Assembly: GCA_040954595.2 (NCBI GenBank)
Contig: CM082598.2
Location: 1,178,001-1,242,000 of the forward strand
From: Balanoglossus misakiensis
Taxonomy: Eukaryota; Animalia; Hemichordata
Direction of reading: 5' to 3'
Length of the DNA: 64,000 nt
The translations under genes and the position numbers were made by a program. A model generated the notes under the pieces. It did no database searches and was not told where the DNA came from. It worked only from the letters and a program-made list of their open reading frames with translations. Of the stretch, positions 11,473 through 23,402 are shown piece by piece (positions within the stretch are counted from its first letter, which is position 1; every line of letters begins with the position of its first letter).

Positions 11473-13049
11473 AACATATCAAGACATGGCTTACATGAGA
11501 CTTTACAATTAACCTGTCAGATGGTACTATGAAAGTGACTCCGTAGATGTTGCTGTATCCTAAATTCTTTCATCATTTAACTTGATTTAGTATTTCTTTA
11601 TAGTTCAGATGGTGTATGTGTAAATGTAAACTTTGGTGTCTGATTTCACCCAGTGTCTTATTTACAATGTACTTGTACAGGGAGTGGATGATTAGGCATG
11701 CTATACACGATCATCATCACTAATCATTCCCACCTTTTAAACCCTGTCTCTTGAAAAGCCTATTGAGATCTGTACAATAGTTACCGAGTCGTACGAGTCA
11801 TGGCCTAAAAATAGCTCCTAGTTCCACAACACCTCACTGAGCGTTGAGTTAATGTCAATGTCCCACACCCGGAAACTCATGTAAAATAAATATTTTCTGT
11901 ACAAACAGACGAATGTACAAAAAACATACAATTTCGCACTTTTTTAATACTGAATCTGAAAAGGCGTGAAATGGCTAAATGCTATTGGTGATGTCACATA
12001 ACAATTTGAGCATGTTACGCTTAATGACCAGCAGCTGAAGTCTTTGCAAATAGCTCAGCTTTGTCTCACATTTTGTAAAATTGATGTAACTGATGTGCAG
12101 GGCCAAAAAGTGCTGATAAAACGTTACAAAGCATTTGGTCAAGCAGTCAAGCCCCAAGCAGACAAACTTTTTTCTGCTTACTGTACATACAGCACTCATA
12201 AACTTGCTGGACTGTCGGGGTTGACAAACTGTTGTGTTAATTAGTATGCAACGTGCATGCACAGCCGTCAAAAGTTGGCTCCATCAATTCAAGACGGTAT
12301 AAAGGAGGACAGGGCATCTTAAATGCTTCTTGAGCTGACCGCACGCCACAGCCTTGACCCCATGCAAATGGACAAGTTGCGTTTAATGCTAAAGACCAGT
12401 GCGACAAACTACGGCAAGTGACCAGGTGAAACTTGACCTGGTCTCAATACCCGAACTCTGGTACAATTCATTGAACTGCTGGTCGCTTAACATCATTTAT
12501 CTGAGTTTCTTTAACAACAAAGAGAGAAAAGTGTAAAACCATGAGCATCATGAGTTCAAATTAGAGTTAATTCGACCTGGGGGTAGCATCACCCAAACCT
12601 TGCCGTAAAATCATAGACAAAAAGTTGGCCAATAGCGTTCCTTGCTGATTTCATAGCCCAAACAAACAACACACACATCTGCCTTCCTGATTGGTCAGTC
12701 CATTTACAGGTACAGAAAGCTGGAAGAATAGGGACACACCTTTTATAGCAGAACGGGTAAACACGGCAAAGAAAGTGATTTTTATGTTCATTATTTGGTT
12801 TGCAAGAAGCATGAAGACACTTCACTACTTCTAGAAACAATTCTTAAATGGTGAAATCGTATTTGCTTTGCCTCATTTCATTACACGGATGGCTCAGATA
12901 CAATCACTCCCACCAAAGACTGGTGTTGGCACCCCCTCAACTTGTGAATATACTTTTAGATTAACCCAACTAAGTTGCTATCCAAATGGTAACTTTTTTT
13001 TCTTTTTTCTATTTCCTTGTAGGATTATTTTTTGTCATTCGGGGCCGAG

Positions 13050-16000
13050 ATGGAGAAACTTCTGCAGTTTGCGGTCGTTTGTGCTGCGTTTTCACTTTGC
13101 GTTGGATGTCGCTCTTCCGACAGTAGTTGGAGCGGTTGGGTCAGCTGGAGTGGCTGCACCAAATCTTGTGGAGGAGACGGCACAATGTTTCGGACCAGGC
13201 AAAGGATAGAGTCGGGGACATGCAACACAGAAAACGAAATAGTTGGGTGCCAACGTAGATGTTTTAATGGCGGTGATCTGATAGGAAACCAATGCTACTG
13301 CCCAGGAATCTATGGGAGAGAGTGTTGCGATTATGGTAAGTACTGTAAAATATGGGAAATTTTTGCAAACGATAAATTTTTGAAAAGTTCACAAAGTGCT
13401 TTTCAAAGTAATCGTCACGTAAACGTTGCCTCTTTTGATATCGCGAAAATTTTCTGTCACAAAAGTTTCCCAGTTTACAGTACATTTCCTGTCTAAGGCA
13501 TGACATTTGTTACAGATGTATTTCCAACAAATCATTGTTTTCTTTTTAGATTGTAATTCAATCCCTGACTGTGAAGATGTCCAATGCACGACTTCTTCCA
13601 ATCAGTACTGTATCAAATGTGACTACGACAGGGGCGATGGTCTTGGTCGTAAAGCCTATGAGGCAGTTTACCAGAATGGAATATTCAATCGTATTTGTGA
13701 AAGTAAGTGATTTGTGATTATCAGATATCTTTTATTCCCATCTTCGAAAATTATTTCATTTGACCATTTATCTGGCTGTTACACGACTATTACCTCCAGG
13801 AATATATTTATTATCTGCAATGGTCATGTGCATACAGGGACATTTTGGAGTAGAACAGATTTTCCGCTCATTGCGAGATCTCGCGAGACTTGGTTAATTA
13901 CCGTAACAGACTGCTAGCCATAAGAGAAGCATTGTATGAAACTAGAATATATGCAGAGTACGTTTAATAAAGTTTTTTTTTGCAAAAAGTGTCATTTTCT
14001 TATGTCACTGTCAGTTCTATTGTGATAACTGATTATGTTATTTTTTCAGAGCGTTGCTCCTGGCGACCAGACAGCGAATTCTGCTATCCCGGTACCTGTC
14101 CCGGACTTCCTAGTACCTGCACGTGCGCAGAAGGTTTCTCCGGGGTAAACTGTCTGACAAGTAAGTAACATCAACATGAGTATTCTATTGAATAAACTGC
14201 CTATTTCTAGTCTCTGCTGAAAGCCAGCACCTATTTGCAAGTTTCTTTGAGGGAGTTCACTCTGACAGGGGTCGCGACACTTATTGTAGGTAGAATAAAG
14301 GAATGAATTGTACAACGCCCGTCACGTGACAAACCTGCCCTGGGACACAGCAGTACCGTCACTGTAACCAAGGGTGAACGCAAAGCTCTAAACATATATA
14401 CTTGTGGGTTTACATGACACTTGCATTATAGTTCAAGAGTATTGAAGTGTAACCAAACTCTCACACGCATACATAGAGTAAAACGCTTTATTTTCGCGAG
14501 CAAATACAGTGAAAAGAAAAAGTCGCGTAAATTTTTTTTGAAGATAACGAAAATAAAGTGTTTTACAGTACTCAAGTGCCACTGTTCACATTATCAAACA
14601 CTTTGTATTTACATTTTCCCTGACAGTTACTGCTAAACCTTCCATCAATGAATGTACTGGTACCTTCATCGGACAGGAGGCAGGTGACACACCGTGTCAA
14701 ATTGACTGCAGCAACGGAGAGAATCAATACTGCTCAACAAAGGCTGATGGCGCTGTTGTGGATTGGGTTACCAGCTTCGTACCTCCCCTCGATCGCATTG
14801 AAACTCCCGCTTATGTGAACGAGACCATATTCGGTATTGTTCAAGCTCTTTTAGAATGGAGGCTGTATCGAGGTAAGAGGTCCAGCCACAATCATGTGCA
14901 CATACTAGAAGAGCAAGTGCTGCTGAAAATAAACGACATAGTGAAAAGTAGAAACTTCTTTCTCACTATTTTAATAATACCTCAGCCTAGCATGCAGATA
15001 CGTTTTCATCATTGTGAAAAACTAGCTCATTCCGGGAACCTACTGTAAAACAGGAAATTTTCGCGAATTATAAATTTTTGCGAACTACGCAAGAGCTCCA
15101 AAAACAGGAAAAAAAATGTTTTTCTAATTTCCAGTTGTATAACGTGAACTTTTCCTGGGACAAATGTGTAAAGTATGGCCCCTATAAGGATGTTTGTAAA
15201 ATCGTAATAACGAAAGCTCCCAAGATCGGGCTTGTGTGAAATCACGTGAGAGATATTGATTCCAGCGGAAAAGCGGAAATTCCACCTTCCTGAGATAAGT
15301 TATCTTATGCCGGTGAAGTATGGTCTCAGCTTGCATTTCCATTTCCCATTCTAGTTGTAGGAGGGTCACGACAGACTATTGATTTCGGGTCGGAAGACTG
15401 CTTGACGTATCAGAGCAGTATTCTAAACATTCCATACGATGAAGCGCCCTCAAGGTCCTGTAGACACACCAAAAGCATCAACGAGGCAGTGAAGCATAAC
15501 GATTAGTGAGTATAGAACGACACCCGTGGTCTATTACGATGTGGCACGTACCCTTTACTGTTTAACTTATTCACTTTATGCATACATCCGTAAAAAGATG
15601 TTGACACAATGGGCATTTGAATACCCGTAAGTTCTTACTTATATCTAAATGGACCAGTCTAAGTCTAAGAGAACCATTAAGTGGCAGCTCATGGGACTAA
15701 ATTATACCACAGATCTACTGTAGTCAGTGACAACCATTGTCGATGATGGAACAAAATAAAATGCAAAATAATGTGCATGGACTTTCCAAGCGGCGATTCC
15801 AAGGAGAAATGTTTTCTGAAGATTTCATGTGGATACTTAAATTTCTGTGTTCTGTTCACAGTGTGGAAATAACTTTAAAGGCTAGGAATAGTGGCTCCAT
15901 CACAATAAACAACTTTGATTTTGAGGGCTACTCTTATCAAGAGTCTCCAAAAGAGTATTACAAGAGTCTCCAAACTCTGCGAACGTCTGTATATTTTGAC

Positions 16001-19000
16001 TTCCTGGCCCCGAGTCACTGTAGCAAGACGATTGGATGCAGTGGACCGTTACTGGACATTGGAGATTCTTACAGAAGAAGTGATGTAAGATTGCTTTTTT
16101 ATATGCTAACTTAACCCTTCCTCCACCATGGTTTGACCCAAATCCATTGTTTTCTATGGTAAAGTCGGACTTCTATAGTGGAAACTGGGGGTGAAAGGGT
16201 TAAAAGTTGAAATGGCACCTCAAAAATCAAAGTTATAACCAATAGTACAAGTATGCATAATTGATGCCTGCAAGGATGACACTCATCTGTTTTCAGTGTT
16301 TTGCTAAGGTTGGGGAACATTGATGAATAATTTGGGGACCACAATCAGTATTGCATTGATAAACCAAATGGAACCCTTGTAAGGAACCCTGGTAAACATA
16401 CAATAACATTTTCCTTGGTACAATGTACCACGCTGCCCAGATACTCCACTGCTATCTTGTCTTATACCATCTGTAGAACATTGTCACTGTAAGATGGATC
16501 AACGGCGACTGGGAAGATTCTCCAGGTGGTGTAAGTCATTACAAGTGCGAGTCTTACAAACTAACAGTGCGTCCAAATGGAAAACTTGGAATGGACAGCC
16601 AACAGCCACAACAGGTCATAGACAACATCCAGACATACACGTCGTCTGTCCAAATGCAGTTATCTGAACGAGGTTAGTTAACTAATAGTTGAGTTAAAGA
16701 CCATGTCAATTTAATTAACTGCTATTGGCTGAAAGTCATAGGTGGTGAATTCATTAAGGATTATGGTAATCATGTTTACTTGCACCACTGAAAATACTAA
16801 TGACCTTAAAATGTTTTGACAGGGGTTTATGCAATTGTTTTAAGTGTCTTGGACAATGCTGGAAATGTTGCCAAAGTTCGAAGATTCCTTGTTTTCGATA
16901 ATCAAAATTCCATCGAGACTGACGACACACAGCCCATAACTGCCCAAGAAGCAGCATTCAACGTCGGCGTTAACTGGCTTGCAGTCAACCAGGGCGGGGT
17001 GAGTTAATAATTGTGATATTTTTACTATTATTGTAGCTTAAATGAAACCTTTTCATTAAAGTCTAGCTAGTGCCCTCGCCTCACACAGCCATCATGAATT
17101 TGAACTCAAAGCGAGGCCAATGGGGAAAAGTTGACCAATCACATCAAAGGTGTTTCCCTATTGGCCTTGCTTTGAGTTCATATTCATGACAGTTGCATGA
17201 TGGTGCTAGACTTATGATACGGGTGCATTGTTTCTATTTCGATTGTCGTGTTTTGATGCAGTTATAAGCATTTCTCAAACACCATTGCTTTTTTTCAGAT
17301 CACTGTAACATGGGATGGTCACTTCACAAACAGCTATTACAGCGAGGGTAACTTGCTGAACGAAATCGAAGCAATGACCCCACCCCTGGACGATGTCTAT
17401 GACGAAGAAACGGGCCAACCACCTTCATCTAGGTCACGTGAAGCTATCCCCAATGCAGGTGGTTTAACGAAGTTTGAAATCGGCCAGATTCAGTCGAGCA
17501 CTAGAGCATCTCGAAGCACGCAGCCAACAATCTGGACAGAAGTGTTGGCACCTGCGGTATGTTATTGTTTACACTGATTAATATTAATAGATCCTATAGC
17601 GAGGATGGCTGACCAATTCTTAGGTGTAGCAGAGAGTTAACAACCTCGTACGTGACAGTCACACACATACTGAGATCATGTCATTATTAACATGAAGAAT
17701 TAGAAACAATGGATCAAAAACTGACAACAAGTCACATCAGAGAATTATCTTTCAGCTACCAATTTCACCAACAATATCTTCTTAATGGAAACATTGATAA
17801 GAAACATTGAAACAGATGGATTTGACTTCTTATCATGGCTTATATTATTTAACAGACCGAAGCTGACATCACGATAGACGCTGAGCATGGCGATAAACTG
17901 ACAATCTGGCTGAGGGCGTATGATATCATGGGCAACGTCCAGGAAGATACTGCAGATTTCTATGTTGATACAACGCCCCCAGTGGTTGTCTCCGTCACAA
18001 TGCAAGACGGGCAGGGGAAAAATGTATCCATGGAATCGGAGGTGATGGATTTTACATACAATCAGTAAGTGCACATTTCTAACATAAACTACTTATTAAT
18101 ATTAATTGTGACTGTATGCTACAGATGTAATATCTCTAGATTGGCTGTAATACTTTAATTTTATGCGATGATTTGTATTTTAGAGTCATGATACAAACCT
18201 TTGATGTGGAAAGTGGAATATATCAAATAAGATGGCAACTTATTGATGTCGTAACGAGAACACATGTTTTCGCAGAAGGACATCTGAATGAAACCATCAA
18301 ATCTGTGAGTAAATGGGTACTGGCAATTGAATAACTGAGTGTTCTGAAAGAACAAATGGTGATGCTCTTTTTTACGTGTGCCACTGAAAATCTTTGTTTT
18401 CTGTTTGCCATGGTAACTACATAGCTAAAATTATACACAGGTGACTGTAATTAGACTAGAATCACAGTTTGTTGGACATATCTTGGTTGTAACTTGTTTT
18501 ATCACCCCTTTCTTGTATTTTCTTTCAACAGCAAACTGACTGCAATCCGACAACTTGTCACTGTGTTTACGATCTAGCACCTGCGAACTGTTTTCTCTTA
18601 AACTATCTTATCACCACGGAAACCAGCGATTATATGTCTTTACCACCAGGCGATGTTGAATGTGTTGTCAAACTGATTGTGGTCAATAATGCCCGGATGG
18701 AAACCATGATTGACGACATGACGGTAAATACTGCAAAAAACCGGTTCTCCATGTCACCAAACATCTTTAGAATAGTTAAAAGGGATGCGGTCGTCGCACC
18801 GCATTTGTTTGTTTATAAACATTACAGTTCATCCTGAAATTAGATAATTCTTAGAATGAACGACAGCCAACCATAGTGTAGATAGAGCATGACAGCAACT
18901 AAAGATCCTAGTAGGCGACTGCAGTGAGGTTAGTGCTGGTATGGGAGGACATGTTCTCATCAAGGGGGACGCCTACGCGGCACGGTGACCCCTTCCCTTT

Positions 19001-22000
19001 AATGAAGGCAAGGTACTTTACCACCAAACAACTCCGATAGGCCCACTCAATACAAGATGGAGATCGATTAAACTTCTTTTATGCGTACATGAAATTCACA
19101 AATGTTTATTACAGGTGATGGTTCGCACTCCAAGGAGTGGATCTCGAACTTCGACTGGTGGTAGTAGTAGTGGTGGCATTGCTGGTGGTGTCGTGGTAGC
19201 TGTAATTCTACTGGTTGCTGTAGTCATTTTGTTATGTGTACTTTGGCAAAAGGGAAAATTACCTGTAAGTACATGTATATAACTATCAGTAGTATTTCTC
19301 TCCGCTTTGACTACTAATATGTACCAGTACTGTTCATTTTCTCTAATACTCTTTTTGCTCCTGGTTTTGATTGTGTTTTTAGTGTTATTGTCAGTTTTTA
19401 AAACAAAGTTACTATGGACGATATATCTAAAATATAAAATATTAGCCACAAAACTTCATATTATATTATTCTGTAACTTATGTTTCTTACTCAGTCGTGT
19501 CGAGGTTCCCCACCAGCACCTGTGAGAAAACACTGGGATGTTGGGTCAGCAGGTGTGGTAGGACTTGATGTAAGTAGAATTCCATTGCTTGCAACTTTTG
19601 CTGGGTTGAAAGATCTTTTCCATTAATTACTTCAAAGTCGCTCCATAAAGTGACCATGATAACTTGATGAGATTAATTACTATTTACAACATTTATTCCA
19701 CATTTCTTAGTTTAATGCATAATATTTTGAAAGTGGTAACATCAATCAAATTTCATTACCAATAACATTTTATCTTCCACCCTCCAGAAGAGTCAAGTGT
19801 ATCTATTTTTACGATGTCATTTTTTTCTTCAGAATCATGTGGAACAAGGATATCCCAACAAGGGATATGAATACGCGCCTGCACCAGGTGGCAAAGCTAA
19901 AGTGACTAGTCCCCCTCCTCGTCCCCCCAAAACAAATGATTACTCAGCCAGTGGAAAGGCAGTGGCAATTCCGAAAGGAAATGTTCTCAATGATGCTACT
20001 CTCACAGTGGAAGAAATGGAGTTTCCGTCCTCGCAGTTGGAACTTGTTGAGTTGGTGCAGTCTGGAATCTACAAGGCCAAGGCGACTAATATCGGTGGAA
20101 ACTTTGGCGTTGCTCTTGTGATCGTGAAGACAATGAAAGGTAGGGTAGGAAAACGTCCCTTTATCACCAGTCACAATTAAGACACTTGCCAAACATAGGA
20201 TTTGCCAAAGAATATATTGCTATGTACAGGCACGGGAAATGTATGTCTATAATGAGGGCAGCATAAAAGATACTGTTGCCCTCGGCAGATTGGATACACT
20301 ACAATACATAGTATTACATACATATACATTCATTATTTTTCAGACAAAAACAACACGCTCCAGAAGGACTTTTTAATGCACGAACTGGACAACATGTTAA
20401 CTATTATGCCACATGATAATGTTATCAGAGTCCTTGGCTGCATGGTGCAATCAGGATCACGTGAGTATTCCACAAATGTCCGTTCCTCCTCATTACCGGT
20501 AATAATAATCATGGTTAGTTGGCATCCGAAGTTTCGGTATTTGTTGGTAAAAACCAGTTTTGAATGTTGTCTTTATCATAATTAATCAATAGTGTAAAAT
20601 TACACCAATCTGACCATTCCTGGAGATGTCTTCATTATAACTGAAAGACAACTCCATGAGTTTATCAAGATTTCAAGCATCATTTCTAGAATTACTGAGA
20701 TCTTTGTGTGCCTAATAATGCAACTGTTAAAATTATTGACACATCTACCAGAGGCTGGAAATACATACGCAAACTGACTTGTTGATACGACAAGAAAATG
20801 TCAAAACAAAGGAGACCGAATATTTACAATGCACTCTAATTGTTGATCTTTATAACTCGATATTAGCAAGACCCAGTATCATCATGGAGTACGCACCCTA
20901 CAACAATCTCTGCGAAGTTCTGCGAAGAAGTCGCCGACTGACAACAGATGATGGACCCCCTGAGCAGCCCGACCATTCCGTGTACAGCAATCTTTACCAA
21001 GGCAGCGACTCCCTGACCTCAAACCAACTGATGAAGTTCACGGAACAGATTGCCCGTGGCATGGAACACCTCGCAGATATGCACATCATCCATCGCAAAC
21101 TCGGAGCTCGGAATATCTTTGTCGGTGAAAATGAAGTCTGTAAGATTGGCTCCTTCGCCATGTCAATTCGTACAGCAGAAACCGAAGTACAAGATGAACG
21201 AGAGGTGATTATACTCAATGACCGGTGATAATGAAACAATAACCTAGCTGACATTTACTTGTAGTTGTTGACGACCAAATATATATTTTGCCATTATTAT
21301 TGTTTCTTGGGCCTGATCTGATGCCACATTGCAAGGATGTTACAACTGTTTTTTTTTATTGCCAGTTGCATGATATTTTCCAAATGACAATATTGCTTAG
21401 CTAATTTGGCAGTCATGAGGTAACACGATTCACGTCTATTTGTGAAAATACATTTCAGGGTCGATTACCTATTCGCTGGATGGCCGTAGAATCACTGAAG
21501 CATGGCATATTCTCCACCAAGTCTGATGTTTGGGCGTATGGCATAGTAGTCTGGGAAATCGTTACTCTTGGTAGGTAGCAGTAAGCTGTGTTTGGATCAG
21601 TCTAGATTCAACATTATAGATAAATATTTGAAAAGCCGTCATGGTTTGGAAGTAATGTTATTAGCAACTTTCTATGTTTTGTATTGGAAACAGATCTTGT
21701 CTATTCTAACTATACCTTCTCATAGACAATGGAAACTAATGTCCAAGATTGTTAGCAAACTGCCCTCTCGATAAAAGAATTCAGAAATTCAATGAACTGG
21801 ACAGTTGACTTTACTAATGTGGATTATAATACATTGTGCTTCAGGTGCCTTGCCATACCCAAATATGGAGAACAAGGAAATATCACAAAGTGTACAACAA
21901 GGATACAGAATGGAAAAACCACCCCACTGCACTCAAGAATTGTAAGTATAATATAGTCATACAACGACCATCCATCCATCCATCCATACCCCCCCCCCCC

Positions 22001-22378
22001 CCCCCCCCCCGATACATACATGTACATTACGTACATACACACATTCATATCCATAATACCAGGTATTTACTATCTATATTTAAGTGTTTACTGAATATAT
22101 TTCACAAAATACAGGTACACCATTATGTTACGCTGCTGGGACCGTAACATTCATGATCGTCCAACCTTCTCTGAGATCTTACAAGACATCCAAGGCATCA
22201 ACAAGAATGAGGAGGTAAGAACAAGTGATATATGTCGCATTTCATAAATTTATTTATTCGTGCGAGATACGCTGATCAACATATTCGTAGTTCACTGTTC
22301 TTATTCTACTCTTTTTCTCAGGTTGTGAAGCTAAGCCAGTACGACAGTCAACTTTACGGAGACATCCATGACTTGTAG
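13050..22378 (+). CDS. Receptor tyrosine kinase-like protein with pseudokinase domain (SP-TSP1-EGF/Cys-rich-Ig/FN3-like repeats-TM-kinase fold)
   Basis: ATG at 13050 ([19 protein letters not shown] signal peptide), then TSP1 ([16 protein letters not shown]) and EGF-like exons (13050-13335, 13550-13702, 14050-14160). Beta-sandwich exons with DxxGN motifs span about 14627-18723. [27 protein letters not shown] at about 19170-19246. Kinase exons at about 19833-20139, 20344-20461, 20868-21204, 21459-21571 ([13 protein letters not shown]...[18 protein letters not shown]), 21845-21941, 22115-22214 and 22322-22378 (stop TAG). Confidence 0.85.
13341..13482. mobile_element. MITE with TACTGTAAA...TTTACAGTA termini
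   Basis: Terminal inverted repeats and an internal TTCGCG/CGCGAAAATT motif. Related fragments at about 14475-14570, 15041-15160 and 62070-62123. Confidence 0.6.
16115..16199. mobile_element. piggyBac-like MITE copy
   Basis: TTAA-CCCTTCC...GTGAAAGGG-TTAA, with TTAA intact on both sides. Confidence 0.8.
17061..17211. repeat. Imperfect ~150-bp palindrome (hairpin MITE)
   Basis: GTCTAGC...TCATGAATTTGAACTCAAAGCGAGGCCAATGGGGAAA pairs with TTTCCCTATTGGCCTTGCTTTGAGTTCATATTCATGA...GCTAGAC. Confidence 0.75.
21969..22010. repeat. (CCAT)n followed by a poly-C tract
   Basis: Direct reading. Confidence 0.85.
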
Positions 22379-22792
22379 AGGGAATTCATCATTTTCGTGA
22401 ATTCCTCTGTATGCTGTGCTGTGTGTTGCTGCCATGGAAAATATTCATATCCACCAATTGACAACCAATATCGCAGTGTTTCAGCAAAAGATGTTTTAAA
22501 ATCAATGATTGTTTTCATCGAAGCAACAACTATCAAGCATGTGCATTTAGTTTACATCGTATGGCAGCTTAGATTTTTTATGCAAATTCCAGTTGGATTT
22601 TAAATGACTTTTAAGAACTTCACTAAATTTAAGATGTTATGTTCTTAGTATCACGATAACCCCTCATCATTTATGTGTTTGGCAATTGGGTAGGCCACAT
22701 AGGTTTTAACTTTCTGTAAACATTTATAGCTATAAGAACAATTTCTACTTACACGGAGAGTACATGTCTTCCAAAAAGGCAAAAAGTTTTAA

Positions 22793-22876
22793 TCCTTTCA
22801 CCCCCATTCCCTCTTTAGAGATCCAACCCTATCACAGAAAACAATGAGTTTTGACTGAACCATGGTGGTGAAAGGG
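22793..22876. mobile_element. piggyBac-like MITE copy
   Basis: TTAA-TCCTTTCACC...GGTGAAAGGG-TTAA. Confidence 0.8.
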
Positions 22877-23248
22877 TTAAAGTAATTTTTAGTAAACATG
22901 ATTACTATAAGCATTACATATATTTCTACTTATACAGAATACAACTTTTGAGCAGCAGGTTCTGCATATAATTTCCTGTTTTCCAATATATGGATGGATT
23001 GTGACATTTTAGGACTCACTTTTGGGGTTAATTACAGCATTTATAATGAGATATTTACACATTTATATTCGGATTTATAACACACCTCATCTGTTATCTG
23101 TGTTGTGATTGGTGCTGTTGACTTACCGGTCAACAGTACTTGAACTGTTGCCCTGTCAGGCAACAGTTACAAAAACTGTTGTCTGGCTGAGTTGGAAAGC
23201 ACCATCAGTGGAGAAATTTGCCGATTTGTCGGATGATGTGTGTCAGAA

Positions 23249-23402
23249 CACACATATTGACTGGCCATATTCAGGCTACAACAGTCTGTGAATTTCCCTC
23301 GGCCTTCGAATGGGATCCAGACCCAGACTGTTTTGAGGCAACTCACAATCCCTCAGGGGAAATAGACGTATGCTGTTACCCTCATGGCCAGGCAATATGT
23401 GT
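23249..23402. mobile_element. MITE with ACACATATTGACTGGCCAT TIRs
   Basis: Inverted termini. The right half (CTCACAATCCCTC..GACGTATGCTGTT.CCCTCATGGCCAG.CAATATGTGTA) recurs at about 46725-46790. Confidence 0.7.

Noticed and set aside
11975-12480. Short ORFs and a TATAAA-containing GC-richer segment upstream of the receptor gene
   Set aside because: No recognisable protein motif, splice structure or RNA-gene signature; possibly regulatory but unsupported.
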